Source of the DNA: a virus
Lineage: Duplodnaviria > Caudoviricetes
Length of the DNA: 64,000 nt
Strand: one strand, 5' to 3'
IMG/VR virus record: IMGVR_UViG_3300022893_000001
Span: 1-64,000 of that record
Part shown: one piece after another, positions 35,447-45,777 of the stretch
Layout of the letters: each line of letters begins with the position of its first letter
Numbering within the stretch: the stretch's first letter is position 1
Position numbers and translations under genes: made by a program
Notes under the pieces: model-generated
Databases searched by the model: none
What the model was told of the DNA's origin: nothing
What the model saw: only the letters and a program-made list of their open reading frames with translations

Positions 35447-38400
35447 GTGAAGAGAACCGTCGAGCTTGAGGCGATCATCGTTCGCCCGAATCTGCTTGTG
35501 ACCCTGAACGGGTCAACCGATTTCGTCATCTCTCTGCAGGCGGGTCAACCGATACCCGGCCCGGTTGGTCCCCCCGGTCCCCAAGGCATACCCGGCCCGG
35601 TTGGTCCCCAAGGCATACCCGGAAACACGGGCCCCAAAGGCGATAAAGGCGATACCGGAAGCACCGGAGCCACGGGCAGTACCGGAGCCACCGGAAGCCA
35701 GGGCCCCCCAGGCAATACAGGCCCCCAAGGCATACCCGGTGTCCCCGGCGAAATTGGTCCGGTTGGTCCCGCTGGCAGCACCGGCAGCACTGGAGCCACG
35801 GGCCCCCAAGGCATTCAAGGCATACCCGGAGTCCCCGGAACGCAAGGCCCCCAAGGCATCCAAGGCAACCCCGGAGCCAAAGGTGATACCGGCACCGCCG
35901 GCACGCCCGGCGCTCCTGGTGCGATCTCGATTGTGCAGGATGAAGGCATCGCGGTCCCAGTTCAGAACACGCTGAACTTCGTGGGGGCGGGCGTCACGGT
36001 CACCAACGATGCGCCTGGCACTCGAACTCTCATCACCATCCCCGGCGCAACCGCTGGCGCGAATCAGACGCCCTGGACGAGCGACATAGACGCCGCGAAC
36101 TTCAACCTCCATAGCGCGGGCGGGATTGGCCTGGGCGTAGGAACCTCGGCGCAAGTTAGCGTTGGAATCACTGTCGGCGGCACGTCGATCTTCGACAGCC
36201 TCTCGCAACTCAACGGACTCGCGGCCGGCTGGGCCGGCATCTCTCTGCAAAGCGACGGCGGCAAGGGGCTGACCCTGAGAGTCCAGGGTTCGGCCAGAGC
36301 TTTTCCGAATATCGCCGAGCTCGCGCTCAACAACGTCCCGCTCGTCTTCAGGATGGATAACAACGAGCGGATGAGGCTCATCCCCTCAGGGCTGCTCGGC
36401 ATCGGCAAAGTCCCGGCCACTTACAGGCTGGAGGTGGCTGGAGACGTGGACGTGACCGGAACCTACAGGGTTAACGGTGTCCCCTTCACCTCTGGTCAAC
36501 CCCAGACGCCTTGGGCGCAGGACATCAACGCCGCCACCTTCAAGCTCAACAACTCTGGCGGGATCGGCATAGGCGTGGCCTCGCCCACTCAGGCTCTGCA
36601 CGTAGCCAAAGCAGACAACAACGACGTTATCCTGGTTTCCGGCTCTAGCACCAGCGTGTACATGGCGTTCCAGTCGAACGCCACGTCTGGCCGCATCACG
36701 CACTTTAATGGCTCGGCATGGGGGAATATTCTCCTCGCCCCGTTCGGCGGAAAAGTGGGCATCGGCATCCCCGCTACGATCAACTACCCGCTCGACGTTG
36801 TAGGTGATGTCAACATCTCTGCCGGCAGTGTCTACCGCATCAACGGTGTCCCGCTTAGTACCGGCGTGCCTACTTCCAGGCAAGTGATTGCCGGGACCGG
36901 CATGTCTGGCGGCGGCGCACTGACTGCGGATGTAACTTTGAATGCGCTGCCCATGATCGCGAGCGGCGCGACGGGGCGCGGCGGTACTGTACCCACGCCA
37001 GGAGCGACGGCGGGATCGACTAAGTTCCTCCGCGAGGACGCAACGTGGGGAGTCCCGGTGGGCGCGGCCCAGACGCCTTGGCTCACCGATATTAACGGCA
37101 ACGGCAAGATCCTCTACAGTGTCGCTGCCATAGGCATTCAGGTAGCCAGCCCACAGGTTGCCCTGCAAATAGCCGGTCAAATCTGGTCAACCGCCGACAC
37201 AGTCATCCTGGAATACGCCGCCCATAGTAGCGGGTACGGGCGGGTAGGATGCATGAGCTTCCATCCGTTGACACTCTGGACTAACCAATTGGAGCGGATG
37301 CGGATCACCGCCGCAGGCGCTATCGGCATCGGCAACAGCACTCCATTCTCGAAGTTGAGTTTCGGCAACACGGACCCCACCTCTGCATCCCGTATCGCTT
37401 TCTACGAGGCACCGGACGGACTAAGTTTTCGTGGCATCGGCATGTGCAACCCGACAGGAGCCACCTGGGGGGTGGCTATCTGGGCACACGGCACCCTTGC
37501 ACCAACGGAAACCAATGCCAGAGTATTCGTTCAGGACAACGGCAACGTGGGGATCGGCACGACGGCACCCGCGCACGCGCTCGACATTGTAGGCAACTGC
37601 AACATCACCGGCCAGTATCTAGTCAATGGCGTCCCCATCAGCACTGGTGGCGCGGCCCAAACCCCGTGGACCTCCAACATTGACGGTGGCGGGTTCAGCC
37701 TGTCCAATGTCGCGCGGATCTCCACCACCAGCACTCTCGCACTCGTCATGGACTCTCCCGCCGCTACCGCCTGCCAGATGTACTTCCAGACCGCAGGCGC
37801 AAACAAGTGGGCAGTCGGCAAAGGCGCAGGCGACAACAGCGACGACTACAACATCTACTCCTTTATCGCTCCCGGCATTATTGTGCGAGTCAAACCGGAT
37901 GGCAATTTTATTGTTACCGGCCCAATGTCGTTCAATACATCCATTATCGGCAACGGTAAGGCCGTCGCAGAGACATCGGATGCCTATCTGCGTCTCAACC
38001 AGTCCAACCAGTTCAGCCTCGGTATCTGGCTCGGTCCCAGTGCCGTAAAGATGGCTGGCGGGCATTTATACATAGGCACCAACGGCGCCGACACCGGATC
38101 TATTGACATTTCCGCCACTGCTTCGGACACCGTGAACCGAATCACCATAAACGGCAATGCCGGTGGCGGCATCATATGCAGAAACCGCATCACCCTGTCT
38201 AGTGATAACGTCACCGGGACATATGCGTCAGCCGCCATGGAAGTTCGCCAGACCAATGAGACGCAAGGTGTAGCTGGCGATAACACCTATGCTCCCCGTA
38301 TTGGCTTTCACTGGACCGGGGCGGTAGCTTCGCAAATCGGCATGGACGGCAACGGCATAATCCGCACGTTCAACAATCCAGGGACGGGATATGAGCAATT

Positions 38401-38950
38401 TGCCTGCTCCTACCTGACTGCGTATGGCAACGTCAACGTCACGGGCGGCTACTACGTCAATGGCGTAGCCCTCGCCACGGGCCAAGCCCAGACGCCGTGG
38501 GCACAGGCGATAAATGGCAATGGGCAAACTCTCACCGGAGTGTCCGGTATAGGCATCAACTCCGGCTTGGTCAACTCGCACAAGCTAACCGTCATCCCCG
38601 CTGCCAATCCCGGTACTGGTACCGTCGGGGATTACCCTGTTGTCATTGGGGAGTCCTCAAACAACAGCGTCTACCGCCTATGCTTCGGCTATGGCGTGTA
38701 CTACTCGGGCGTTTATAGCGGGTCGATCCAGGTGTATAGTAACAGTGCCCCGGGGTTCCTGTACCTGAACCACATGCCGGGGGCAGCAGCAGGCGTTTGC
38801 ATAGGAGTCCCCGCCTATACGTCTCTCACCCAGGCTTGGGTCAAGAACATGACCGTGTGCATGGCCCTCGACGACACCGGTAACAGGCTGTACTTCTATG
38901 TGCGTAACAATGGCGCGGTAATGAAAACCGGTTACGTTACCCTAGTGTAG
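35447..38950 (+). CDS. Collagen-like fibre with five QTPW modules
   Basis: About 40 G-X-Y triplets (35551-35925), then QTPW..DI(D/N) units at 36065, 36503, 37070, 37658, 38489, and ERMRI..G..GIG / L(D/E)V.G.V...YR.NGVP motifs. Confidence 0.85.
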   Translation: MKRTVELEAIIVRPNLLVTLNGSTDFVISLQAGQPIPGPVGPPGPQGIPGPVGPQGIPGNTGPKGDKGDTGSTGATGSTGATGSQGPPGNTGPQGIPGVPGEIGPVGPAGSTGSTGATGPQGIQGIPGVPGTQGPQGIQGNPGAKGDTGTAGTPGAPGAISIVQDEGIAVPVQNTLNFVGAGVTVTNDAPGTRTLITIPGATAGANQTPWTSDIDAANFNLHSAGGIGLGVGTSAQVSVGITVGGTSIFDSLSQLNGLAAGWAGISLQSDGGKGLTLRVQGSARAFPNIAELALNNVPLVFRMDNNERMRLIPSGLLGIGKVPATYRLEVAGDVDVTGTYRVNGVPFTSGQPQTPWAQDINAATFKLNNSGGIGIGVASPTQALHVAKADNNDVILVSGSSTSVYMAFQSNATSGRITHFNGSAWGNILLAPFGGKVGIGIPATINYPLDVVGDVNISAGSVYRINGVPLSTGVPTSRQVIAGTGMSGGGALTADVTLNALPMIASGATGRGGTVPTPGATAGSTKFLREDATWGVPVGAAQTPWLTDINGNGKILYSVAAIGIQVASPQVALQIAGQIWSTADTVILEYAAHSSGYGRVGCMSFHPLTLWTNQLERMRITAAGAIGIGNSTPFSKLSFGNTDPTSASRIAFYEAPDGLSFRGIGMCNPTGATWGVAIWAHGTLAPTETNARVFVQDNGNVGIGTTAPAHALDIVGNCNITGQYLVNGVPISTGGAAQTPWTSNIDGGGFSLSNVARISTTSTLALVMDSPAATACQMYFQTAGANKWAVGKGAGDNSDDYNIYSFIAPGIIVRVKPDGNFIVTGPMSFNTSIIGNGKAVAETSDAYLRLNQSNQFSLGIWLGPSAVKMAGGHLYIGTNGADTGSIDISATASDTVNRITINGNAGGGIICRNRITLSSDNVTGTYASAAMEVRQTNETQGVAGDNTYAPRIGFHWTGAVASQIGMDGNGIIRTFNNPGTGYEQFACSYLTAYGNVNVTGGYYVNGVALATGQAQTPWAQAINGNGQTLTGVSGIGINSGLVNSHKLTVIPAANPGTGTVGDYPVVIGESSNNSVYRLCFGYGVYYSGVYSGSIQVYSNSAPGFLYLNHMPGAAAGVCIGVPAYTSLTQAWVKNMTVCMALDDTGNRLYFYVRNNGAVMKTGYVTLV
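35551..35925 (+). repeat. Collagen G-X-Y coding repeat
   Basis: GPQGIPG/GSTGATG units; exact 22-bp DNA repeat ATACCCGGCCCGGTTGGTCCCC at 35552 and 35588. Confidence 0.9.
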
Positions 38951-38971
38951 AATATCCAGGAGATATACCCA

Positions 38972-39259
38972 ATGACTTACAAAGAATCCGCTGAACTTAT
39001 GAGCGACCAGTCGTTTCAAGGGCGCATCAAGGTGGCGGTACTCAAGTACGCCGACAGCATCATGATCGAGGCCGGTAGCGTCCCGGCGCATAATACCCGC
39101 GAAAAATGGGCAGTGCAAACGATGCAGAACCCACAGATGGTGGCGATGCAGGTTCAGCCGCCCACGGTGATGGACCCAGCGGTGCAGACGGCCGGGGCGA
39201 CGGTTACAGATGAGGCTTTGCAGGGCGCGGTGGAAGGGGTTGTGAATAAACTACTCTAA
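38972..39259 (+). CDS. Hypothetical fibre-associated protein
   Basis: RBS AGGAG; TAATG coupling to next gene. Confidence 0.75.
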   Translation: MTYKESAELMSDQSFQGRIKVAVLKYADSIMIEAGSVPAHNTREKWAVQTMQNPQMVAMQVQPPTVMDPAVQTAGATVTDEALQGAVEGVVNKLL

Positions 39260-39609
39260 TGCAAAGTCTGACCTTGCCCTTCTATCAACGGGTTTTTCTC
39301 TGGAATATTATTGGGAACCATGCCGCCCCCAACCTCAAGGAGGCCAGCGTGGGGCTGCGCGTCATCGAGAAACTGCGCCTCACCGACGAGGAGCAGTTGG
39401 AAAGCGAGTTCGCCGTCAACGGCCAGCAGTACGGCTGGAAGCTGCCAGACCCAGACTACGGGACCAAGACCGTGGACCTCGAAACCGACGAGGGGAAGTC
39501 GCTGGCGGCGGCAATCGAGGCCGCGCCTACCCGCGTGATGGACGCCGTCTGGTTGCAGCCGATTGTCGATAAACTGACCGTTTCGCCGAACGGCTCCAAG
39601 CCCTCGTAG
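39259..39609 (+). CDS. Putative fibre assembly chaperone (paralogue of 17464-17874)
   Basis: Similar N-terminal pattern (MQ.l.l...R..L..lIG); last gene of virion operon. Confidence 0.55.
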   Translation: MQSLTLPFYQRVFLWNIIGNHAAPNLKEASVGLRVIEKLRLTDEEQLESEFAVNGQQYGWKLPDPDYGTKTVDLETDEGKSLAAAIEAAPTRVMDAVWLQPIVDKLTVSPNGSKPS

Positions 39610-39612
39610 CTG

Positions 39613-39654
39613 TTGCGCAAAGCCCCGTTTCACTGTATTCTGGCTTTGCGCAAA
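39613..39654 (+). promoter_or_regulatory. Sigma70-type promoter with two TTGCGCAA palindromes
   Basis: TTGCGC (39613-39618)-N17-TATTCT (39636-39641); palindromes at 39613-39620 and 39645-39654 (TTTGCGCAAA). Confidence 0.65.
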
Positions 39655-39658
39655 AGCG

Positions 39659-39877
39659 ATGCAGAAGAACGGTTTCGGCAACTTCCCTGAACGCTCCGAG
39701 ATCCTCAGAAACCATCCAGGACTCCTCAGCCGCGTAGCCCGTGGGCTGGGGATGTCCCCGGCGGCGGTATCGAGGACGTTCCACGGGATCACGCGCGAAA
39801 CCAATCCCACGATTGTCGAAGCCCTGCAACGGGCCATCGCCGAAGCGCCAGAACTGAAAGGAACAGAGGTGAAGTAA
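39659..39877 (+). CDS. Small HTH (Cro-like) regulator
   Basis: LLSRVARGLGMSPAAVSRTFHG helix-turn-helix; first gene of operon. Confidence 0.75.
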   Translation: MQKNGFGNFPERSEILRNHPGLLSRVARGLGMSPAAVSRTFHGITRETNPTIVEALQRAIAEAPELKGTEVK

Positions 39878-41187
39878 TGGCAGACCAGGAACAAGCCCTC
39901 GTCCGGGGCTCAGGCCACGTCACGCGCACCGTGATGGGAGAAGAGACGGAATACCAGGCGGTCGATATCGCCGGCACGGGCCAGGATGCCTATGCCACGG
40001 CGCTCATCCAGTCGCGCTACGTGATGGCGGTCAAACGGCCACGCAGCGAGGAACAGTTTCGTAGCGAACTGATGAAGCGCGTATTGGATAAGGATTTCGC
40101 CTCAATCTGCGAGTACTCGCGCCCAGTCGGGAGAGAGAAGAACGCGCAGGGCAAGTGGGTCGAGAAGATTGCCAAGGGCCCGACGATCCACCTGTTGAGG
40201 ACCGCGCTGCGCCTGTTCAAAAACAACTCCTCGGAACCCACGGTCATCACTGAGACTCCGGAGCTCCGAGTCGTTGCCATAACTATATCGGACTACGAAT
40301 CGAATTTTCACGTTGTTCGCACGTTCACCTTAGAGAAGCGGATCGAGAAGCGGGCCGTTCAGGACCGCCAGACTGGCGAGTGGGGCCCGCCGCCAGGCCG
40401 GCAGATCCTCGGCGAGCGCGTCAATACGGACGGCGAACGGGTCTACATCTGCCGCACGACGCTCGATGAGTTGCGGAAAGAAGACTTGCGCCTGACCGCC
40501 TTGACCAAGCGCGCCGCCGCCGAAGAGTTCCTCCCCAAGCACATCATTCTGGCTGCGCTGGCGAAGGCTGTCCAGACCACCCAGGAACATGACACCAAAG
40601 ATCCGGCCGGCGCGAAGAACCGGCTGATCGACGCCTTCGCCGGTCTGAATATCATGGCGGTCGATCTTGAGCAGTACATCGGCCATCCGCTCGACCGGCT
40701 GTCGACCGACGAGCTCGCGAACCTCCGGAGCGTTTGGTCCCGCATCTCGAATGAGGAGGCGACCTGGGAAGATTGCCTGGCCGAGCGCAATCCCACCGGC
40801 ACCAGCGAGGACGCCGAGAAGGTCAAGCAGGACAAGCTCGCCGCGCTGCGCGGTCAAACCGTAACCCACACAGAAGAAGCGAAGGGTAAAAGCGCACCTG
40901 GGGGGCCGAACGAAAAGGCCGTTCGCCTGAACGCGGAACTCGACGAATCAACCAAAGTTGGAACGGTGAAAACAGTGGACGCCCCCGCTCCGGATAAACA
41001 GTTCATCACGTCCGATCAGGCGCAGGAGTTCGCTCAGGTCATCCACGAGAACCATCTCGACGACGAGCAGATCCAGAAGCTCGTGAAAGCCGGCGGGGCC
41101 GATAGGTACGACCGCATGAGGTCCGATCTCTTCGAAGTCGTCTTGAAGATGGCGAAGGCCACCAAGGGCAAGGACAAGAAGAAATGA
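39877..41187 (+). CDS. Putative single-strand annealing/recombination protein
   Basis: IQSRYVMAVKRPR..EYSRPVG..GPTIHL pattern recalled from phage annealase-like families; acidic/basic C-terminal tail. Confidence 0.5.
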   Translation: MADQEQALVRGSGHVTRTVMGEETEYQAVDIAGTGQDAYATALIQSRYVMAVKRPRSEEQFRSELMKRVLDKDFASICEYSRPVGREKNAQGKWVEKIAKGPTIHLLRTALRLFKNNSSEPTVITETPELRVVAITISDYESNFHVVRTFTLEKRIEKRAVQDRQTGEWGPPPGRQILGERVNTDGERVYICRTTLDELRKEDLRLTALTKRAAAEEFLPKHIILAALAKAVQTTQEHDTKDPAGAKNRLIDAFAGLNIMAVDLEQYIGHPLDRLSTDELANLRSVWSRISNEEATWEDCLAERNPTGTSEDAEKVKQDKLAALRGQTVTHTEEAKGKSAPGGPNEKAVRLNAELDESTKVGTVKTVDAPAPDKQFITSDQAQEFAQVIHENHLDDEQIQKLVKAGGADRYDRMRSDLFEVVLKMAKATKGKDKKK

Positions 41188-42524
41188 CTCGCCGGCTGAA
41201 GTCTGTTCAAATTAAAAACATCAAGGGTATCGAATCGCTAACCTTTGATACCAGCGCCGTGACGGTCTTACGAGGCAAGAACGGCGCTGGAAAAACTTCC
41301 GTGGTCGACGCGCTCATCAGCGTGTTTGAGGGGGGCCACGATCCGGGTTTGATTCGTGCGGGGGCCAAAGAGGGATCGGTCCTCCTCACACTCGACGATG
41401 GCGTCACCATCCGAAAGGTCATCAAACCCGAGAGATCTACGCTCGAAGTTCGCACCGCCGATAAAGGGAAAGTCTCGGCGGAAGCCACCTTTGTCAAGAA
41501 GCTCACGAGCGGCTTGAGGTTCAATCCGGCGGCGTTCATCAGCCTCAGTGGCAAGGAGCGCGCCGCCGAACTGGGGAAGGTGATGCCGATCACCTTCACG
41601 GGCCGCGAGGTCAACCAGGCGGCGAACGAAGCGATCCTCCTCGACAGCGAGGCAATCGATCAGCGGCGGTTCACTGAGATCCGCGACGGGCGGTATGCGA
41701 CCCGCACCGAGGTAGCGCGCGAGCAGTCGATGGCCGAAGGGTTCATCGTCGAAACCGAGAAGGCGCTGCCCACGGGCACGCATAGCTCGTGGCAGGGTAC
41801 GGTGGAGATGCTTCGCGCCCAGGTGGGCGACGGGAAAGCCGAACTGGAACGGGATCTGGCCGAGGTGGAGCGCAAGGCCAGAGGCGTCGTCAACGAGTTG
41901 CGGGGCATCCTGGACTCGCGGCTCGCCACGATCAAGAAGGACTACGACGAGAAGGTAGCCGCGCTCAACCTGGAATACGACACCGACCAGGCGCGCATCG
42001 TCCAGGACACGGCGACTTCGAAGGAAAGACTCCACGCAGCCTCCAACGATCAACTGGGACAATTGATTAGCCTCCTCGCCAAGGCGGAGCAATCCTTGGC
42101 GGATCAGAATCGCGTTGAAGGCCAGCGCCAGCAGCTTGAAAAGATGCGGGCCACCGCACAGCAACTGCAGAATCGCTGGGTCCATCTCGACGCCGCGGTT
42201 AAGGGACTCGACAGACTCAAATCTGCCAAGCTCGCCACTTTGCCCGTTCCAGGGGTAGAGGTGCGGCTCGACGACAAAAATATGCCCGAAGTTTTTGTCG
42301 AAGGAGTCCCCTGGCCGCACGTAAACAAATCGATGCAATGCAAAATCGCGATCACCATCGCGGCTCAGGCATTGGGCGATCTCCCCTTGATGGTCTTGGA
42401 CGAGTCTGAGGTTCTAGACGAAGACTCTATGCACATGTTGATCGACGCGGCGAAGTCGATTGGACTGCAGATCATCATGGCGCGCGTGGAATCGGGGGCC
42501 GCACTGGAGGCGGTCGAAGCGTGA
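41184..42524 (+). CDS. SbcC/Rad50-like ABC ATPase with coiled coil
   Basis: IKNIKGI, Walker A RGKNGAGKTS, coiled coil, signature-like NKSMQ, Walker B MVLDESEVLD. Confidence 0.88.
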   Translation: MTRRLKSVQIKNIKGIESLTFDTSAVTVLRGKNGAGKTSVVDALISVFEGGHDPGLIRAGAKEGSVLLTLDDGVTIRKVIKPERSTLEVRTADKGKVSAEATFVKKLTSGLRFNPAAFISLSGKERAAELGKVMPITFTGREVNQAANEAILLDSEAIDQRRFTEIRDGRYATRTEVAREQSMAEGFIVETEKALPTGTHSSWQGTVEMLRAQVGDGKAELERDLAEVERKARGVVNELRGILDSRLATIKKDYDEKVAALNLEYDTDQARIVQDTATSKERLHAASNDQLGQLISLLAKAEQSLADQNRVEGQRQQLEKMRATAQQLQNRWVHLDAAVKGLDRLKSAKLATLPVPGVEVRLDDKNMPEVFVEGVPWPHVNKSMQCKIAITIAAQALGDLPLMVLDESEVLDEDSMHMLIDAAKSIGLQIIMARVESGAALEAVEA

Positions 42525-42985
42525 GGGCCCTCACTCTCTACCAGCCGTATGCCTCGCTGATCGCCATCGGAGCCAAGCAGTACGAGACGCGCGCCTGGGC
42601 TATCGGGGACTGGCCGGTCCCCATCGCCATTCATGCCGGCAAGATCCAGCCCGGCAAGAAAAAGCAAGAGGTGGCCGATCTGTTCTGGGACCGCTATTTC
42701 ACCGAGGTTCTTCAGGAGGCTGGCTACCATACCCCGGACGAATTGCCGAGCGGCGCAGTTGTTTGCATCGCCACGGTCGAAGATTGCATTCTCATCACCG
42801 ACAAGAATCGGCATGACATCCCTATGCGTACGCCGGAAGAGTGGTTGTCGTTCGGCGACTTCGCCGAGGGCCGGTACGCCTGGAAACTTTCTAACGTGAG
42901 GCGAATCGAGCCGCCGATTGTGGCTCGCGGTTACCAAAACATTTGGGAATGGGACGCGCCACCGGAGGTTCTGGCGCTCCTCTAG
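42521..42985 (+). CDS. ASCH-domain protein
   Basis: ALTLYQPYASLIAIGAKQYETR...IAIHAG..G.VV..A.V..C; RGYQNIW. Confidence 0.9.
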   Translation: MRALTLYQPYASLIAIGAKQYETRAWAIGDWPVPIAIHAGKIQPGKKKQEVADLFWDRYFTEVLQEAGYHTPDELPSGAVVCIATVEDCILITDKNRHDIPMRTPEEWLSFGDFAEGRYAWKLSNVRRIEPPIVARGYQNIWEWDAPPEVLALL

Positions 42986-42997
42986 GGAGACAACTCG

Positions 42998-43360
42998 ATG
43001 GACAGACGACGGTTCGAGGTACTCGACCGCCTGATACAGGGCGGCTGGACGGACGTGAAGCAAGAGGATATTCCAGACGACGTCATGGAAGCGGCCGAGG
43101 AAGGCCGGCCCCTCCCGACACTGGGCCCGTGCCGGGAGACGCGCTTCAGCATTCCCATCTGGGATCCCCCGGCGATCCCCGGAAAGCGAATCAGACCGCC
43201 GGCCAAGAAGGCGGAGCATCCGCGCATCCTCACCCAGGAACAGCGCGACCGCCGCAACGCCCGTAAGCGGGCCCAGTGGTTTTACAAATACGGGCCGCGC
43301 GAGAGGCCCAAGCAACAGGAGAATCAGAACGAATGCCGGGATGCACTTTTACGGGCGTGA
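42998..43360 (+). CDS. Hypothetical protein
   Basis: RBS AGGGAG; operon continuity. Confidence 0.6.
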   Translation: MDRRRFEVLDRLIQGGWTDVKQEDIPDDVMEAAEEGRPLPTLGPCRETRFSIPIWDPPAIPGKRIRPPAKKAEHPRILTQEQRDRRNARKRAQWFYKYGPRERPKQQENQNECRDALLRA

Positions 43361-43815
43361 GGATTATGGATCTGGGAGAACGTGGAGTCACCAATGGCTT
43401 CATGGTTTCCTGCGTGATGGCGGCTGATCTCACCAGCCGCGTGGCGAAGGAGTTCGGCTGGGACGATCTGATGAACGTCGATGGCTGGGAGAAGGTATCG
43501 CTCAAGAGCGCGGTGGGCGAGGGTTCGGGAACCCTGAAACCGAATACCAAGAACGCCCCGCCGCTGTCCTTCGTATTCGATTCGATCAAAGCCTTCCAGG
43601 CGACCGAGTCCGACACCGAGAACGGCAAGCAGAAACACGAGGTCCGTTTTACGGTACGCTCCTCTCAGAAGGACGCGATGATCCTCCTCGACCACTACTG
43701 GCGCACCAACAAGGAGCTCCACTCCGCGTTCACCGTCAAGTTCCAAGAACTCCTCGATCAGGGCAAGGACGAGAAGCCGGAAGGGACCAGGGCGAGCGCC
43801 GGGCTTGAGGAATAG
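43333..43815 (+). CDS. Hypothetical protein
   Basis: GC3-biased codons; start uncertain (43333 or 43366). Confidence 0.6.
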   Translation: MPGCTFTGVRIMDLGERGVTNGFMVSCVMAADLTSRVAKEFGWDDLMNVDGWEKVSLKSAVGEGSGTLKPNTKNAPPLSFVFDSIKAFQATESDTENGKQKHEVRFTVRSSQKDAMILLDHYWRTNKELHSAFTVKFQELLDQGKDEKPEGTRASAGLEE

Positions 43816-44544
43816 ATGACGGCCCTCGAAGCCTGGAAGGAGAGTCTTCCCGAGGTGGCCGAGGAGCGTCTGCCCAAGGCGCTGAAGCTGGTAGTGCTCG
43901 GCGCTCCCAGGACGAAGAAGAATTCTCCGGTAATAGTCCGTAACATCACCGACGCTTTCCTGAAGGACTTCATCTGGGCGTGGGAGTCGGAGAAGCCTCC
44001 CCGCCCGATCCTCAGCGAGGCCGAGATCTGGGAGTGGCTCAAAAACCGGGACACCGTGCTGCCGCATCCCAGGCTGCTCCCCTCCCAGGCGTACCGCGAC
44101 TGGCACGCAGCGGCCATCAAAGCGGTCCTACCTGTCCTCGAACCGCTACGGCGGTTCTTCCCCGTCACATACGCATGTCACTTACTGTGCAAGGTTTATC
44201 GAGATGCGGATCGCGGAGACTGGGCCGGCTACATCCAGGGAATAGGGGACTTTTTAGAGGACGTGGGAATCGTCGAAGACGACGTGCTCCTCCGATCGTT
44301 TGATGGCTCCCGGCTCTACAAGGATGCGGAGAATCCGCGAGTCGAACTGTGGCTGAGTCCCTGGACGCAGGAAGGGAACATGGGGCTGTTCGAGCGGCCG
44401 GCGCGCGAATGGGCCGAGCATGAGGAGCCCGAACCGGACCCGGTGGACTCCCTCAACGCCGATACGGAGGAGATGATCTCGGCGGATGAAGAACAGCGGG
44501 GGGGCTACAGGCCCCTCGTTAGTAGATATGCCACCAATCGGTGA
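43816..44544 (+). CDS. RusA-like Holliday junction resolvase with insertion
   Basis: LGAPRTKKNS; DRGDWAGYIQGIGDFLEDVGIVEDD; KDAENPRVEL. Confidence 0.75.
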   Translation: MTALEAWKESLPEVAEERLPKALKLVVLGAPRTKKNSPVIVRNITDAFLKDFIWAWESEKPPRPILSEAEIWEWLKNRDTVLPHPRLLPSQAYRDWHAAAIKAVLPVLEPLRRFFPVTYACHLLCKVYRDADRGDWAGYIQGIGDFLEDVGIVEDDVLLRSFDGSRLYKDAENPRVELWLSPWTQEGNMGLFERPAREWAEHEEPEPDPVDSLNADTEEMISADEEQRGGYRPLVSRYATNR

Positions 44545-44558
44545 AAGGGCGCATTTAA

Positions 44559-44912
44559 ATGACGAGTATTTTCCTCGAAGACAGTTTCGACGCCGCGCAC
44601 CGATTGCCGCATGTGCCGCCAGACCACAAGTGCGCCAGGTTGCACGGGCATACGTACCGTATCCGCATCGAGGTCACCGGGCCCGTGGGCGAACAGACCG
44701 GCTGGATCATGGATTACGCCAAACTTCGGACTGTCTGGAGGGAGGTCAAATACTATCTCGATCACCGGGATCTGAACGTGCATTTCGCCAATCCAACCTG
44801 CGAGATCATCGCGATCTGGATCGCCGAGAAACTGAAGGAACTGAAGATTGCCGGCCTCTCCCGGATCGAGCTCCGGGAAACCGAGCACTGCGGTGTAGTC
44901 TACGTTCCATGA
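44559..44912 (+). CDS. queD: 6-carboxy-5,6,7,8-tetrahydropterin synthase
   Basis: FDAAHRL, CARLHGHTY (CxxxHGH), LDHRDLN, NPTCEIIA, ELRET. Confidence 0.93.
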   Translation: MTSIFLEDSFDAAHRLPHVPPDHKCARLHGHTYRIRIEVTGPVGEQTGWIMDYAKLRTVWREVKYYLDHRDLNVHFANPTCEIIAIWIAEKLKELKIAGLSRIELRETEHCGVVYVP

Positions 44913-45520
44913 CCTTTCTGCTCGACACCTCGGAAGACCTGGCTGTCTGTGCGTCTGATTTGAATGTCGACGTCGCCCAGGTGGGGCAACTCCTGACGCC
45001 GCTCAACCGGCTCGCCAATCGCGGCGGGCTCTTTGCGATAGACAACGGAGCCTACTCCGAGGGTCTGCAACTCAAAGCCTTCGAAACCAGGCTAGAGAAG
45101 GAATTGCCAAACCGGAAGCGGTGCAAGTTCGTCGTCGTCCCGGACGTCGTGGGCTCCCAGCGCCGTACGCTGGAACTCTTCCCGATCTGGCAGGAGCGGC
45201 TCATGGGATGGCCCCTGGCGCTCGCCATCCAGAACGGCGTAGAACACTTCGATCTGCCGTGGGCGGAGATCGAGGCGGTCTTCATCGGCGGAGACAACCA
45301 GTTCAAGATCTCCGCGCCGGCCCTTCATGTGATCCGCACCGCCCAGGCGCTCGGCAAGTGGACCCATGTGGGCAGAGTCAATACGGCGGATCGCTATGAG
45401 TGGTGTGTCAAACACGGCGTAGACTCCATCGACGGCAGCGGCATCAGCCTGTACTCGCACATGCGCCGGCAGATTATCAGCGACCAACCTTCGCTTCCCC
45501 TCGTGGAGGCTTTCACATGA
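44909..45520 (+). CDS. Minimal TGT-fold (DpdA-like) base-exchange enzyme, 203 aa
   Basis: ATGA overlap with queD; motifs AIDNGAY, VVPDVVG, AIQNG, VFIGG, THVGRVN, GVDSIDG in the same order as TGT active-site motifs. Confidence 0.6.
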   Translation: MTFLLDTSEDLAVCASDLNVDVAQVGQLLTPLNRLANRGGLFAIDNGAYSEGLQLKAFETRLEKELPNRKRCKFVVVPDVVGSQRRTLELFPIWQERLMGWPLALAIQNGVEHFDLPWAEIEAVFIGGDNQFKISAPALHVIRTAQALGKWTHVGRVNTADRYEWCVKHGVDSIDGSGISLYSHMRRQIISDQPSLPLVEAFT

Positions 45521-45777
45521 GGTATCCCCTCGACGTTAACCTTGCAGGACTGCTGCAACCAGGCTTTCGCGTGAACATGCACCGCGCCGGGGAAGACCTG
45601 GTGGAGATCGAGATCGTCACGTCCGACATTACCTATCAACTATCCGGCGTCATGCGCCCAGGCTCGGCGGCGCGGGACTTGGACAACCTGGTGCATCTCC
45701 TGGTGGAGCAAATCATTGGACATGAAGACGAGATCAAAGCCAAGCTCAAAGCCAAGGATTCCGCGAGCGCCCAGTGA
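45517..45777 (+). CDS. Hypothetical protein
   Basis: ATGA coupling, RBS GGAGG. Confidence 0.6.
   Translation: MRYPLDVNLAGLLQPGFRVNMHRAGEDLVEIEIVTSDITYQLSGVMRPGSAARDLDNLVHLLVEQIIGHEDEIKAKLKAKDSASAQ

Noticed and set aside
35551-35925. Collagen repeat as a novelty or eukaryotic transfer
   Set aside because: G-X-Y stalks are common in phage fibres.
12830-38950. Diversity-generating retroelement targeting a fibre
   Set aside because: No reverse transcriptase and no template/variable repeat pair differing at adenines was seen.
44486-44908. N-terminal extension of the 344-aa ORF-track call 44486-45520
   Set aside because: It overlaps queD out of frame and is R/P-rich; the real start is the coupled ATG at 44909.
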